63,788 nt of DNA from Asterias rubens. Taxonomy: Eukaryota. This document shows positions 48,261-60,742 of this stretch, one piece after another. A model generated the notes under the pieces. It had not been told where the DNA came from. It searched no databases and saw only the letters and a list, made by a program, of their open reading frames with translations. A program made the translations under genes and the position numbers. The first letter of the stretch is position 1. Each line of letters opens with the position of its first letter. Location of the stretch: contig NW_022985739.1 of assembly GCF_902459465.1 (NCBI RefSeq), forward strand, positions 1 to 63,788. Reading direction: 5' to 3'.

Positions 48261-50585
48261 ACAACCTAAAAAGTTTCAACATGATCGCACCAACAAAAAG
48301 TGCACCTTAAAATGCCATGTCACGTGACCCCAATTACGTCATTGATCTGAAATTTCACTTAATATGAATGCCTGCTAGACAGCAAACGTGTGTGTAAACT
48401 TTGAAACGATAATCAAAAACTTTACACCACACACATCTTCAAAAGGTCCATTTTGAGCTTTTTCAACCTGCCGCTAGAGGGCGCTCTTGTATCGTGACGT
48501 CATCTGTGTTTATAACTGCCAACCCTTGCTAGACTATACTCTACTACAAGAGGAATGCACTACACCATATAGATTAGATAGACAGACACTAACAGTTAAC
48601 ATTGCTGAAAGGAACTTCATAACTTTTGTCACTCTTGAATTAATAGGCACTAAGTCCGGTTTGGACCCGTTATGACCGCAAGTAGAGGTCTTGTGAGATC
48701 ACGCACGCAAAATTAACTAAAGACCTAAATTTATCTCAAACAAATATTACAACAAAATTATCAAAATGTCTCGCTTTACTGCACTACAACTCTCTTCACA
48801 AACTGAGTTTTCCGATTCCAGCACCCGACGGTCAATGTCCTTTGTAGCGATGTGAAGCCAAGGAATGGCCGGGCTCAATCTGGAGATGGCAATGGATTCT
48901 GGAACTTCCCAGTAATCACCGGAATTGTGAATGAGAAGAAATATACGCCGGCTGTATTATTTGAGGTCATCCAGTTTACTCTGGGGAAAGGTCATTGGTT
49001 GTATTTCGTAGAGAAGAGCATCTTCTAATGGTTGATGGCATTATCTATTTTATCCCCAGAGTCCATTTTTACATGATTGGGAGGCCTAAACTACTTGATT
49101 GACGTCAGACTCCAGGGATTTCACTAGGGATGTTCTGAGTGGTTGGGATTTTACCAGCATGCCAACATTGGCGACGATGCGTTTCGGGGATAGAAGTTTG
49201 GTTACCAGTGTATCAGCAACTCACTGCCTCAACGATAGGGGTAAGAATGGCCGGGTGTGATAGAATCACCTTGGGTAGATTTTTTTTTAGGTCTTTCATT
49301 CTAGATACGTATTATTGATGGGATGTTTGGTAGCAGATGGAGGTGGATTTGTTCGGAGTGTGGTGCCACGTCATGTGTACTGCTGCCGCCATCTTTGTTG
49401 TTGCTGTGGGTGGGTCTTGACTTTGTTTATTTATCATCAGTCACTGGTCACTCAGATCACATTTTTGATGACCTTTGTTGTCACAACTACACTAGTTCAG
49501 TTACGATAACAAAACCCTCCTCCCGACGGGACGGGAGGAGGGTTACGTTATCGCAACTATGTCACAACAAGAACTTCCTGTAGATAAACAGTTTCTGACA
49601 TGTCTGAGGACCTATTAGGCTATGATGAACACATTACGCATTTCAGTCACTCCACAAATTATGCATTAAAACCACCATTTTAAGGGTGGTTTTGTTAGTG
49701 CATAATTTCAATTTGGGGGTGTTAAAATAACCTACCCAGCTTGTCAATAGGAAGCGCCCTCCATCAAATGGAATTGGAAAAACGATATAAAAAAGTAATC
49801 TCGAAGAGAACACTACACTTACAGCTATTTGGCCATGGATGATGTCACAGTTCCTTCAATGGGCGCAAGAATGCTCCTTTCCAGACCAAAAAAGGATGTA
49901 AGAATAAATCTTCAGCAGTTCAGTCAGCAGTGCATGCAGTGTGGTCATCAGGCGCGGCGTATCCGTCGATTTTCAGTTTTACAAACATTCTAGTTGCGAT
50001 AACGGCTACGCCGTCGGCAGGAGGGTTACGTTATCGCAACCCCTACTACAAACATTCAAGAGTCGGGCGATGCTGCATGCCGTTGCCGAATGCCTGGAAC
50101 CTTGGGTTGTTCAAAAGATTATCGACAAAATCTCAACTCGAGCCATGACTACTGATCTGATGATTTTGTTGAAGTTTGACCATAGCTCCATGTGGTTTGA
50201 CAGATAAGGTTTGACAGATCAACAAGCACGTGTAGACATTCATCCCGACGTGACCGTCGTGAGATGGATGTAGTCTGGTCCCCTGACCAAAGATTCCTTG
50301 ACGTCTCTTGTTAAAAATCTTGGGTCAGGTATCATCTAGATAGGACATTGCGCTATGTTGCGTGCATAAACACGTGGCCGAACAATGGCGGCGCAATTCC
50401 TTCAAACGGTAAATTAATGAGTCTGTCATATCAGTTGAAGTTGTAAATTGAGAATAGAAATGAGGTGAAACATGACGATCGATAGTTTGATAAATATGAA
50501 CAAGTTTCTGATTGAATGCAAATAAAGCAAATTAATGATACTTTACTTTTTTGTCAATCAAATTAATGCCCTATATTAATATGGG

Positions 50586-51438
50586 GCGCCGTCTGTCAAT
50601 TAATTGTTTAGCATTTTTAAGGCATGTTTTTACCATGGTTTATAGCAATTAGATAGAAAGTGTTGCCAAATCCTTTTTATGGTTTACATACCAGTAGTAT
50701 TTTGTGTGTGTAAGTTTATGGTTTACAAACCATGAACATGCAAAAAACATTTATAAATCATGGTTCATGAACCATAGAAATTTTACGCATCTTTAAAACA
50801 TGGTTTATAAACCAGAAAAAATGAAGCATCAAATTCATGGTTTACAAATCATGGTTTATAAACCAAGAAAATTGGGTCATCTTAAAAACATGGTTTATAA
50901 ACCATGAAAATTTAAGCATGAAAATCATGGTTTATAAACCATAAAAATAGAAGCACGAAAATCATGGTTTAAAAATTATGGTTTATAAACCATAAAAATT
51001 GAGGCATTTAAAAAACATGGTTTATAAACCATGAAAATTGAAACATGAAAATCATGGTTTACAAATCATGGTTTATAAACCATAAAAATTGAAGCATGAA
51101 AAACATGGTTTACAAATCATGGTTTATAAACCATGAAAGTTGAGGCATCTTGAAAACATGGTTTATAAACCATGAACATTGAAACGTGAAAATCATGGTA
51201 AACCATGAAATCGGAGGCATCCAAAAAAACATGGCTTGTAAACCATGAAACTGAAGCATCAAATTCATGGTTTATAAACCATGGAAATTGAGGCATCAAA
51301 TATGGTTTACAAATCATAGTTTATAAACCATAACAAAATGTGCACTCACAAATCGTGGTTTATAAACCATAACAAATGTGCACAAATCATGGTTTACAAA
51401 CCATAAAAAACGCTAAACAATTAATTGACAAACGGCAC
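50586..51438. mobile_element. TIR-bounded fold-back element filled with ATGGTTTATAAACCAT palindromes
   Basis: GCGCCGTCTGTCAATTAATTGTTTAGCATTTTT vs AAAAACGCTAAACAATTAATTGACAAACGGCAC (~33 bp, about 3 mismatches); interior is a degenerate array of a 16-bp perfect palindrome. Confidence 0.75.
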
Positions 51439-51520
51439 GTTACGTGCCGTTTGTCAGTTAATTCAACCGCCTTCCCGATAAGCGATAGTTTATACACTCG
51501 ACTCGGCGACAACGTCTCGC

Positions 51521-52642
51521 CCGGTGTGGCGGTTTCAACTTTCCGCCGTGTTCAGTTTTCCGAATGACCAAATACGGTAACATTACGTCATGCGATGCCT
51601 GCGCACAGCAAGCGAAAGTAGTCCATTTTTAGTGCCGTATTGAGTCATCCGTGTTACTCTCCGGTAGCTGTCATGGCGGCGTCCACGAGTACAACGAGCG
51701 GCGAACGCGTGGATCGTATGAGAGAATTTGGTGTGAAGACCAAGCAAATTTTCCAGTATTTATACCGAACGAGCATCAGAGAATCAGAATAATTTTTTAT
51801 TATTCTGGTTTAGTTTATTAAATTTATTTATTACCGTTTTTTATTTTATTTTATTTGTTTAGTTATTTTTTTTATTTCACTGAACTACAGTACTTGCCAG
51901 GGTACTCGCGGCGGTATTTTTGTCTGGGCCGGCTACGTCACCCGGAAAACTGAACACGCCGGAAAGCTAAAACCGATCGAACAACGTGTTGAAATGTCCG
52001 GCTACGTCACCCGGAAAACTGAACACGGCGGAAGACTGAAACCGACACACCGGTACGTATGGTTGTGTGTGTGTAAAACGGTTGCCCACTGCTGGATTTT
52101 GCATTCCGAACAAACTTCTTCGGGGCGCGTGAATAACGCCAGAGACCGGTGTGGCGGTTTCAGACTTCCGCCGTGTTCAGCTTTCCGGGTGACGTAGCCG
52201 GAAATTTCGACACGTTGCTCAAACGGTTTTAGCTTTCCGGCGTGTTCAGTTTTCTGGGTGACCTGTCAGATACCGCCGCGAGTACCCTGGCGAGTACTGT
52301 AGTTCTCTCAGCAGTGACCCCCAAATTGTTTATATTACGATTCTTTTCTGTGTAGTCACATAATCTCTTGCCCCATCTTTACATGTATTCATGGGTACAA
52401 CTTTAGGCAGGTCACACTCTGCTTGCATAAAAAACAACTCATACGATCCACGCGTTTGCCGCTAGTTGTACTCGACTCGTGGACGCCGCCATGACAGCTA
52501 CCGGAGGGTAATGGATGACTCAAAACGGCACTAAAAATGGACTACTTTCGCTTACTGTGCGCAGGCATCGCATGACGTAATGCTACCGTATTTGGTCATT
52601 CGGAAAACTGAACACAGCGGAATGTTGAAACCGCCACACCGG
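51521..52642. mobile_element. Two copies of a ~500-bp MITE in inverted orientation (51521-52053 and 52146-52642)
   Basis: Each begins CCGGTGTGGCGGTTTCA and ends TGAAACCG(A/C)CACACCGG; 51521-51722 is the inverse of 52437-52642 and 51880-52053 the inverse of 52146-52308. Confidence 0.85.
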
Positions 52643-52660
52643 TAGCTACACCGCGCTACA

Positions 52661-53215
52661 TTAGATATCTCTAAATGATTAAGAGATATCTTTAAATAAT
52701 TTAGAGATATCTCTATATTATTTAGAGATATCTCTAAATGATTAAGAGATATCTCTATATATTATTTAGCGATATCTCTAAATCATTTAGAGATATCTCT
52801 AAATGAATAAGAGATATCTCTAATTCATTTAGAGATAACTCTAAATCGGTTAGGGTTTCGTCGAATCACAAAATGCTCTGCACAATCAAGTAAGTGGAGT
52901 TGCAATGAGTGGCTGTCAAGTTACCGTTGATGACAGTCAAGTATTGCATTTTAAGTCAATGCTGATGCCAATTTCTTTCATATCGTGTCACAATGTTGTC
53001 AATACAAACATCGTATTTTAAAAAGCCCATGTTACCAACATTTTAACAACAGGTCAATGCAGTTGCCAAATAAAATATGGGGTACATACAGATATCTTTA
53101 AATGATTTAGAGATCTCTAAATCCTTTAGAGATATCGTTAAATCATTTAGAGCTATCTTTAAATGATTTAGAGATATCTCTTTATTCATTTAAAGATATC
53201 TTTAAATACATTGAA
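52661..53215. repeat. Two blocks of AGATATCTCTAAAT(C/G)ATTTAGAGATATCT palindromic low-complexity repeat flanking a ~240-bp spacer
   Basis: Blocks about 52661-52845 and 53088-53215. Confidence 0.8.
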
Positions 53216-54482
53216 GACATCGTCGATGGCACTAAACAAAAATAAAAGACGTTGCTAATGCTAAAATTAATGTTACTTTGGCTCGCCCTACAATTCAGTG
53301 CATACAAGTTGAAATGACAGAGTAGAGATGACTACCAGTTTTATACCACTACCAGTTTGAATAAAGCTCGACGTTATTTCATGTCACATCATTGAACATT
53401 GTGAGCAGCAAAGCAAATACCTACCTACTCTACCTACTACGGTGTTGTGAGGAGTTGTTCCTTTATTATTGGAGCAATTGTTTGATAAGTTATAGTATAA
53501 AGTTATTCTCCCTCCGCTGAGGATGCGGGGTGGCGCCCTTTGAAGTTTAGAGACCCCCCACCCCCCCCCCCCCCCACGCTCCTCACCGCCTGCACAATCT
53601 TCATCAGGTGAGGATGCCTAACTTTATCCGTAGTTTTAAACCTTTTATTTAATCGTTATAATGCAATGTTATTGACTCATGCTTATTTTCATTATATCCG
53701 CAAATATCCATAGATTCATATTCTGTTGTAGATTTTGGGAGTTCATTGACTAAAAAGTGTAATTTTACAGTTAGAAAACCTTTTGGGAGGTGACGCTTTA
53801 GGATATACATGTGCGTTGGTTAGCGTTATACGCTACTGTGTTGCGGTGTACACGCGCAGTCGGGTACATGTAGAAGTTAATGTTAACGTTTCTATGTATG
53901 GACGGATGTATGTACGGCAATGGCTTTTTTGGACATTGGGGGAATGGGTGTTTATTTCTGTGTGAAAATGGTGTAAGTGAAGTTGGGCGCTCAACGATGT
54001 ATATTTGTGTCTCATATCCCCATTGCCCAGTACTGCTGTGCCATTAATATATCCCAGTTAACTGACTCTAGTGTCTATTGAGATTTTAAGAGATGAATTG
54101 ATATTGAGAGGTCCTAAGTATTGTCGTACTAAAGCAGGAGTTTAATTAATGTATCTTTGTGTATTTTATCACCCGCCTGCACAATCTTCATCAGATATCA
54201 ATTGTGCAGGTTAGATCACTCAACAATTCAATAAAGGGTCAACTACATTGGCGGAGAGAAAACAGAACCTGTGTGTCGTTAAAACTTCATTTCCAGTATT
54301 TAGCAGCCGCTTTGGACCCCCACACTACATTAGTCTTCGGACCCCAACACATATCTTACAGTGTGATTCTGTTAAACACCTTCCACTTTTGTGCGCAAAT
54401 CAATTAAAAGAAAGACGCTTAACAAAGTTTTGCTAAAAGGCAATAAAATGAAGGGAGAAGGTTTTTTTAATCGACATGTTAC

Positions 54483-54627
54483 TCGATTGACCACCAGTCA
54501 TTGTCAATATTTGGAGTAAAAAAAACAGTATTTTGAGGCCAGAACTGCAGCGCGACTTAGAAGTTGGCAAGTGTTTTAGACTTTCTGTTCTTACCAGCCG
54601 ATAAAAGAGTGAACAGCGATTGAACAT
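54483..54627 (-). CDS. Candidate first coding exon (signal-peptide-like) of the NIDO-AMOP-VWD gene
   Basis: Real ATG at 54627; ends ...SGLKILFFLLQILTMTGGQS then a phase-1 GTaaca donor, which fits the phase-1 acceptor at 45886. Speculative. Confidence 0.3.
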
Positions 54628-55139
54628 TATTTCAGATTATCTTGAGTTAAGCCCCCTACTACCTATATTTAATCACAGTACACGTGAGTTGTGAAACCTT
54701 GATCCTCGAGATCAGGCAGAGACTAGAGCATTTTCTTCGTTTTCGAGTGTGGGCTTTTTAGTCCAGCTGCTAAGGCCCATATGTGGACAAATTCTGCTCA
54801 TTTTTTTAGACTAAAATACAGGATAACAGTTCAATAATTATTTAAATAGTCTTTATTCCTGCCCCTTTTGTGGGGGGAGTCACATTTTTTGAAAGTGGGG
54901 ATAATATAAAACATGCCATTCTAGCCCCTTGATTGTTGTACTGATGCATGCAAAACCGTGTATATACATTTAATTACAATATTTCTACATTTTCAGTATG
55001 CACTGAATAATTGTTTGCAGTAACAGTGTTGGGTGCTAAACAAATCGAACCAGCAGTGATGCCTTAATATTGAGTATTCTTATACAGTTTTTGCCTCTCC
55101 AAATTCCCACAAGAGCTCATTCGAACTGATGATGCGGCC

Positions 55140-55750
55140 CGACTCTACCCATCAGCCCCCAAAATGCTATACAGATATCTCAACCAGCAACACCCAAGCA
55201 TCAAGTTCACCATGTTCACCATGGGACAAGGGCAGTCTGGCAATAGCTGTCTAGATGCCTGATCCCCACCACAAAGAAACAAGACATCCCCCCTTCACCA
55301 CAGTTTCCAATGAAAAATAACCAACATTGACCGTTGTACACCAGTTCTTCTTCCATTACCCTAGCATCTCAACACACCCTCTTGTTCAAGGTTCCTACAA
55401 CTTGTGTCTCTGGTGTTCAATATATAGGACAGGATAGCCTTTGTCGGAGTTGTGAGTTGGTCTGTTGGAGTTGTGGGTTTGCCAGTCTGAGTGATTCAAC
55501 GCCGCCTTTCTGCTTTCTTTTGTCATGTCGCTCGCCTGGCTGACAACACCCCAGCTAAAAACGCTCTTTGCATCGCCAGCAAATCCAGGGGAGGCCTAGC
55601 ACCAGCTCCTGGCTGGAAAATATCCAGAGGCCGTCCAAGATCATCTTGGGGTAAACAACTGCCTGGCCTAGTGAAATCGACCACAAAGCTCTATAGGACG
55701 TGGACACAGGAGATCGGTGCGACTGACCCTTGCTGTCTCTGCAGTTGATT
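55140..55750 (+). mobile_element. Adjacent decayed retroelement fragments: Penelope-like RT (about 55140-55330) and RTE-like 3' end (about 55440-55750)
   Basis: YRYLNQQHPSIKFTM; HVARLADNTPAKNAL...WKISRGRPRSSW. Confidence 0.5.
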
Positions 55751-55789
55751 AATTGAGTCAGAGTGAAGAGAATTGGCTAGTTGGAGTGA

Positions 55790-56330
55790 CGAGTTAGTGC
55801 GGAATCGGTTCAGGAGGTACATTTTACCATTGGGAAGGTCTATCCCCGGGAACTGGATGGTGCGATCCTTTTTCATTAGGAACTTGTGCCGTCTGGACCT
55901 TGCCACTGCGTGCGCCGCTCTTCTGCTTTAGCTTTAGAGAACCATCACTGATATGGCACACTCTCTTTGGATCATCTGAATAGGGAAATTTGCCTTACTC
56001 AGGACTGGTAGCCAATCAGTCTTTGTGCAGCTAACAGCACCAGCGATGGTCCTCATGGTGCTGTTCAATTGAATATCGAGTAGGCTTGAAAGTTTCTCCA
56101 AACTGGATCACAATACTCAGCCCACAGTGGCAGATAGCTAGCGCCGATGAGCAAAGTGTTTCGGCATTTGCTACCAAGAATTTACCAGTGAGATTGTGGA
56201 TCATATTGTTTCTGGTCCCAATTTTGACAGCCACCTTCTGCAGAGGAGTTTTAAAGGCAATTGTAGGGTCACCGCAATGGTATGGACAGCTACAGTTTCA
56301 ACCAGATTAACACCACCAAGCCGCCCCAAA
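55790..56330 (-). mobile_element. Decayed Vingi-like LINE C-terminal fragment
   Basis: RNNMIHNL...AEYCDPVW, DIQLNSTMRTIAG..TDWLPVLS, PGIDLP....LLNRFRT in shifting frames. Confidence 0.6.
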
Positions 56331-56519
56331 CTTAACTATGTTTCCCATACCCAAGGTCAACCACATACCACTACTCACTTTCTTCCGTGTATGTTCCATC
56401 AAGCAGGCATAAGGCCAATATACCCTCCGCTCACAAGAAACTTCATCATAAAACGAGGGATTCTTTAACCGACCATCGAATTGACTGGAGTGCTGCAAAG
56501 CTCATCACTCTCATTCAGC

Positions 56520-57330
56520 CTTTTATCTCTGTAATCGAAAAGCCAAATGCCAACTGAACGTCTCCTGGTCTGGGGCTCTTCTTGAAAACTGTGACCCTAC
56601 AGTGTATCTAGGTGTCACCCTAGACCGCTGCCTCTCCTTTAAGACCCATGTTGCGAAGACCAAAGCCAAAGTCTGTGCAAGAAACAACACTGTCAGCAAA
56701 CTTACTGGGAACAAGATGGAGTGCCATCCCAGACACTCTTCGATCTGCAGAGTATGCGTGCCCAGTCTGGGAAAGATCTACCCACGCTAAGAAGATTGAT
56801 CCAGCCATCAATGCTACATGCCGACTCATCACTGGATGCCTCAGACCAACACCAACTGATAGCCTGTACAAACTTTCTGGTATAGCCAGACCACGAGCGA
56901 AACCCTCCATTCAGCCACACACCTGCTAAAAATAGACTCGGTCCAGGAAAAGCTTCCTCAACAAAGTCAAACCAAGTGCAGAAGCCGGGGCTCTTCGAAC
57001 TGCCATGTGACATGAGAGACTTGGTAAACTTCCACCTAGAACATCCATGGACATAAGTGCTTCGGAAGAACTCCCCCTGATGCTGACTCAGGTTGGGCTG
57101 AATAGAAGTGCCTTAACAGACTTGGAACATCAACTGGCCGGTGCAACGTGTCTCTCAAGAAGTGGGGATATCTAGAAGACGTTACCTGCATATGTAAGAC
57201 AGAGCCACAAACTATGGAGCAGGAATACAGAACTGAGGACCTTGCAGAGTACAACGATCTTGCTAGGAACTGTGTCCAGTTCTGGCTGAAACACAATATA
57301 TAGTGTGTGTGGACACGATAAGAAGAACAA
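56520..57330 (+). mobile_element. Decayed Vingi-like LINE 3' fragment
   Basis: YLGVTLDR.LSFK, EYACPVWERSTHAKKIDPAINATCRLITGCLRPTP, CLNRL..KWGY...C.C; ends GGACACGATAAGAAG. Confidence 0.7.
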
Positions 57331-58708
57331 GAAGCATTGGCACCGCGAATGCATTAGAGGACATTGAAGTTACCAGCACGACACCCTTCTTCAAAACATC
57401 AGCCTCCACCTAAGTGACATTTGGCTCCTACTCTTCCTGACCAATGGATATCGACCATCTATCCACAATACCTTTCCTAAACCCCCATTAAATTGGGTCG
57501 TACTGGTAGATTTCATTGGCCTCTCTAATGGCCTCATCAAATACCAACTCACCACTTTTCCTTTTCCCTGTACATGTTACCTATTTCAGTATTCCGACAT
57601 GTATGCTACAGCTCAGTGATCATTCCAACACATCCCAACCGAATAACTACACTGTATGAGTGGATTCATCGCCATATGTTTAACTGCAAACCTTTTTCAA
57701 AATTGCAAAAAAACTGCTAATATAAATTTTACTTATTGTTCTGGCCTGCATGGCATGGTGCCAGATCACACTGTGTGGGTATAATGGCGTGATTTGAGAG
57801 CTTGAGTTTGCCATAGCCATGGCATACATAACCGACGATTTTACAGTACATGTATGTCTGATGTCATTACTATGACAGAGTATCAGATTTTGCCGGCCCA
57901 GGACATACTTCTATTCCTGTATTGTTGATGAGATTGTTGGCTGCTTGTGCATTCTTGGCTGTATTACACATGTGTGTAATTTAGACACACCCTCGTTTAC
58001 TACTCTGGCCCCGCCCACAAAAGAGGGGATAAATAAAGAAACTATTTAAACTCATGGAAAAAATGTATTCTTTTATAGTATTTCTATTCAAAAAAAAACA
58101 ATTAAAAAACAGTAATAGTTCACTGAAGATAAAACTTTGTTTTTAAAACGCCCACTTTTAGAAATATTGAAACTCCGCCCACAAAAGGGGATTTTTTTTC
58201 ACTAATTTATGTTCTAACTTATAATTATGATTTTCAAGTTTATATTTCTGGTCCAAAGAACAAAAATTTATTCTAAGTATGATTTTGCCCAATATTTATA
58301 TCAAAGACCCCCCTTTTTATGCAAATGAGGCTCCGCCCCTAAATAGGCGAGACCCAAGGTGGGTCCCGGTCTTAAATTGTTAATTAGCCGAATACCAACC
58401 ATCATAGCAAATTTCATGCTTTTACCACAAAGTACACAATTGTTCACCTTAGCAGCTGCACTATTTGTCATAATTTGTTTAAATAGAATGGCGACATTTT
58501 TTTTAAGGCATTCCACGTCTGATCAGCTATTGAGCGAAAGGTTAATTCAGCAAATGGAGAACGCTGTTGTGCCGTCAGGTGTAACGACCTTGAGTCATTT
58601 TTAGAACGTCCTACAATATTTATTTCCTACCCACACAGAGCACGTTTCGTATTGATTTTGACTTTATGGGCAAAGTGTCCACTGTCAAAAGACCAGTATT
58701 CCCACTAA

Positions 58709-59887
58709 AGCCCTTTTCACACTACGGGTATTTCCCGGGAAATTCCCGGGAACTTTTGGTCGATCTGTTCGCACTACAAAAAAAATCCCGGGAAATAGCT
58801 TATTCCCGGGAAATAATTAACCCTCCTCAGGGGTAGGGGTAAACGAGTTAACCCCGGGGAACGGAACATAGCGCTCATTTGCATTGAGCGTTTTATGTCC
58901 GGCCCCGAATACGCACAAAATATACTTTTAAAATGCATATTTTTTTACAAAAACCATAATAACTCGAGATTGCAACAAGCGAATTTTATGGATCACTCAG
59001 TATTTTGAAGAGGAACTTACTCTTTTTCAATTCATGTACGTTGTTTAGTTCTATATAATAGGGAACCTGTTGCCCTTTTTATTTAAACAAATTGACTTTC
59101 CTTCTCGCGCGTATGGCGGGGAGTGAAAAACTATCGAAATTGCCACTACTCGTTTTACATAACTTGCCATAACTCATGAACTGCGCCGCGCACTTGCCTG
59201 GATCAAACGGCTTCTTGAAGCTGAACAGTTTATATGTCCATTCATGTAACAATTTTGATGATTGGTTAACTGTAACCTGTTGCCCTAGGACGGAACATAC
59301 TCTGTCCATAGTTTTGTAGCATAACCCTTTCCGTGTTGTGTGTGCGAGCGCGCGTTAACGTAAACATAATTATGGCCATTGACTTAGTACAGGGACAGCT
59401 CATTTTGAGAATAGGGGTGTCCATACAGGAAAGTTCTGTTTAATGGAGTCATTGCAAAAGTTGGATCTGATAATTAATTATAATAAGCTTTATCTCACGT
59501 GTTATTGTCTTAAACCACAATGACTGCGTGAAACTTCGAGTATCACAGTAATACGCAACGCCCATTCTTATGATTATTGGACTCCACCCCCGTGTCAAAG
59601 TGGTACAGCCCGTAAATGACATACATCGCGCGCGCTCTCCCCGTCGCACGCACACAGTAAGGTCGTGTCCGAAACGGCGACTTCGGCAACAGCTACGGCT
59701 AGATCGCGCGCGTCTGCTATTCTTCAACACTGGTAGACGCGCTGATCTAGACGTAGCTGTAGCCGAAGTCGTCGTTTCGGACACAGCCTAAGTGTAGTGA
59801 ATGTTTAATTTTTGATCGCTCCGTGCGTACTATGTTCCGTTATACGTTTTTCCCGGGAAAAGCAGCTAGTGAGAACGAAAGCGGGTT
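58709..59887. mobile_element. Degenerate PIF/Harbinger-like element with CCCGGGAA subterminal repeats
   Basis: TAA-AGCCCTTTTCACACTAC at left, TAGTGAGAACG..GGGTT-TAA at right; left terminus matches the 4225 element; TIR match is loose. Confidence 0.45.
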
Positions 59888-60310
59888 TAACTTATCCCAC
59901 CTTTTGCTTCCACTGTGTTGAGACGTCATTAATCTCGAAAGGTCACAGACGTCAAAAATAGCGCGCCAAATAATTCGCGCGGTAACAAAAGCCCTTTTTT
60001 TGTTTTCTCCTTCTGAAAGTGTTTACATTTAGGTACGAAAATAAAAGTGAATTACACCTGTAATTTACAAATAAATATATGAATTAAAAAATAGACTACG
60101 TGAATGGAATAGGAATAGAATAAATAGTTGACGTGAACAAGCTTCCTTCTCGTACACACGCCATGTGTGTATGGTATTTCGTATTTTACATGTACTTGGC
60201 CGTTGGTGGACTTGTGTTGTCCAGAGTCAGATTTGAGTTCTGCGATCGACATTGCTGTCTACCATCTGACAGTAAATATTTTAGTTCAATTTGTTGCTCA
60301 ATTTCTTACG

Positions 60311-60742
60311 ATGGGTAGAAGTGACCGATGGAGTGATGATGACATTTTGAAACTAGTTGCATTTTGGGCCGACGATGCAGTCCAAAAACAGCTACATTCC
60401 CGGCCATATCTCGTTCGGCCCCCCTGCCCCCTTTCAATGTTGGTTCCAATTGCTGATTGTGTTCTGAGTTGTGTTCTGAGTTACAGTCAACATTGAGCGG
60501 GGGGCGGGGGGCGGGGGACAAATGTTTTGAATGTGAATAGGAAGTGCACAGGGAATCGTTGTATACAACGTTAGGAAAGGTGGCCCAAGCATTTTGGCCG
60601 GGATTGTAGATGGGCATAGGCCTACAAGACACGGGAAAGTTTTTCTCAAGATTGGCCGACTGCCTGCGTGGTGCTGGATATGAACGGACCCCTGCCCGTT
60701 GCCGAAAAAACTGAAAACCTTGGGAAAAAAGACTATAGGTCG
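60311..60742 (+). pseudogene. Myb/SANT-like (trihelix-type) DNA-binding domain pseudogene, probably Harbinger-derived, split by a MITE
   Basis: MGRSDRWSDDDILKLVAFWADDAVQKQL | DGHRPTRHGKVFLKI-ADCLRGAGYERTPARCR-KLKTL--KDYR after removing the insertion and allowing three frameshifts. Confidence 0.7.
60395..60606. mobile_element. 212-bp MITE with TA TSD (Tc1/mariner-type)
   Basis: TA-CATTCCCGGCC ... GGCCGGGATTG-TA; removal restores CAG CTA GAT GGG. Confidence 0.8.

Noticed and set aside
53586-54194. 22-bp direct repeat (53586-53607, 54173-54194) as a long TSD
   Set aside because: The second copy is one arm of a LINE-like 3' stem-loop followed by AATAAA; more likely two related 3' UTR fragments.
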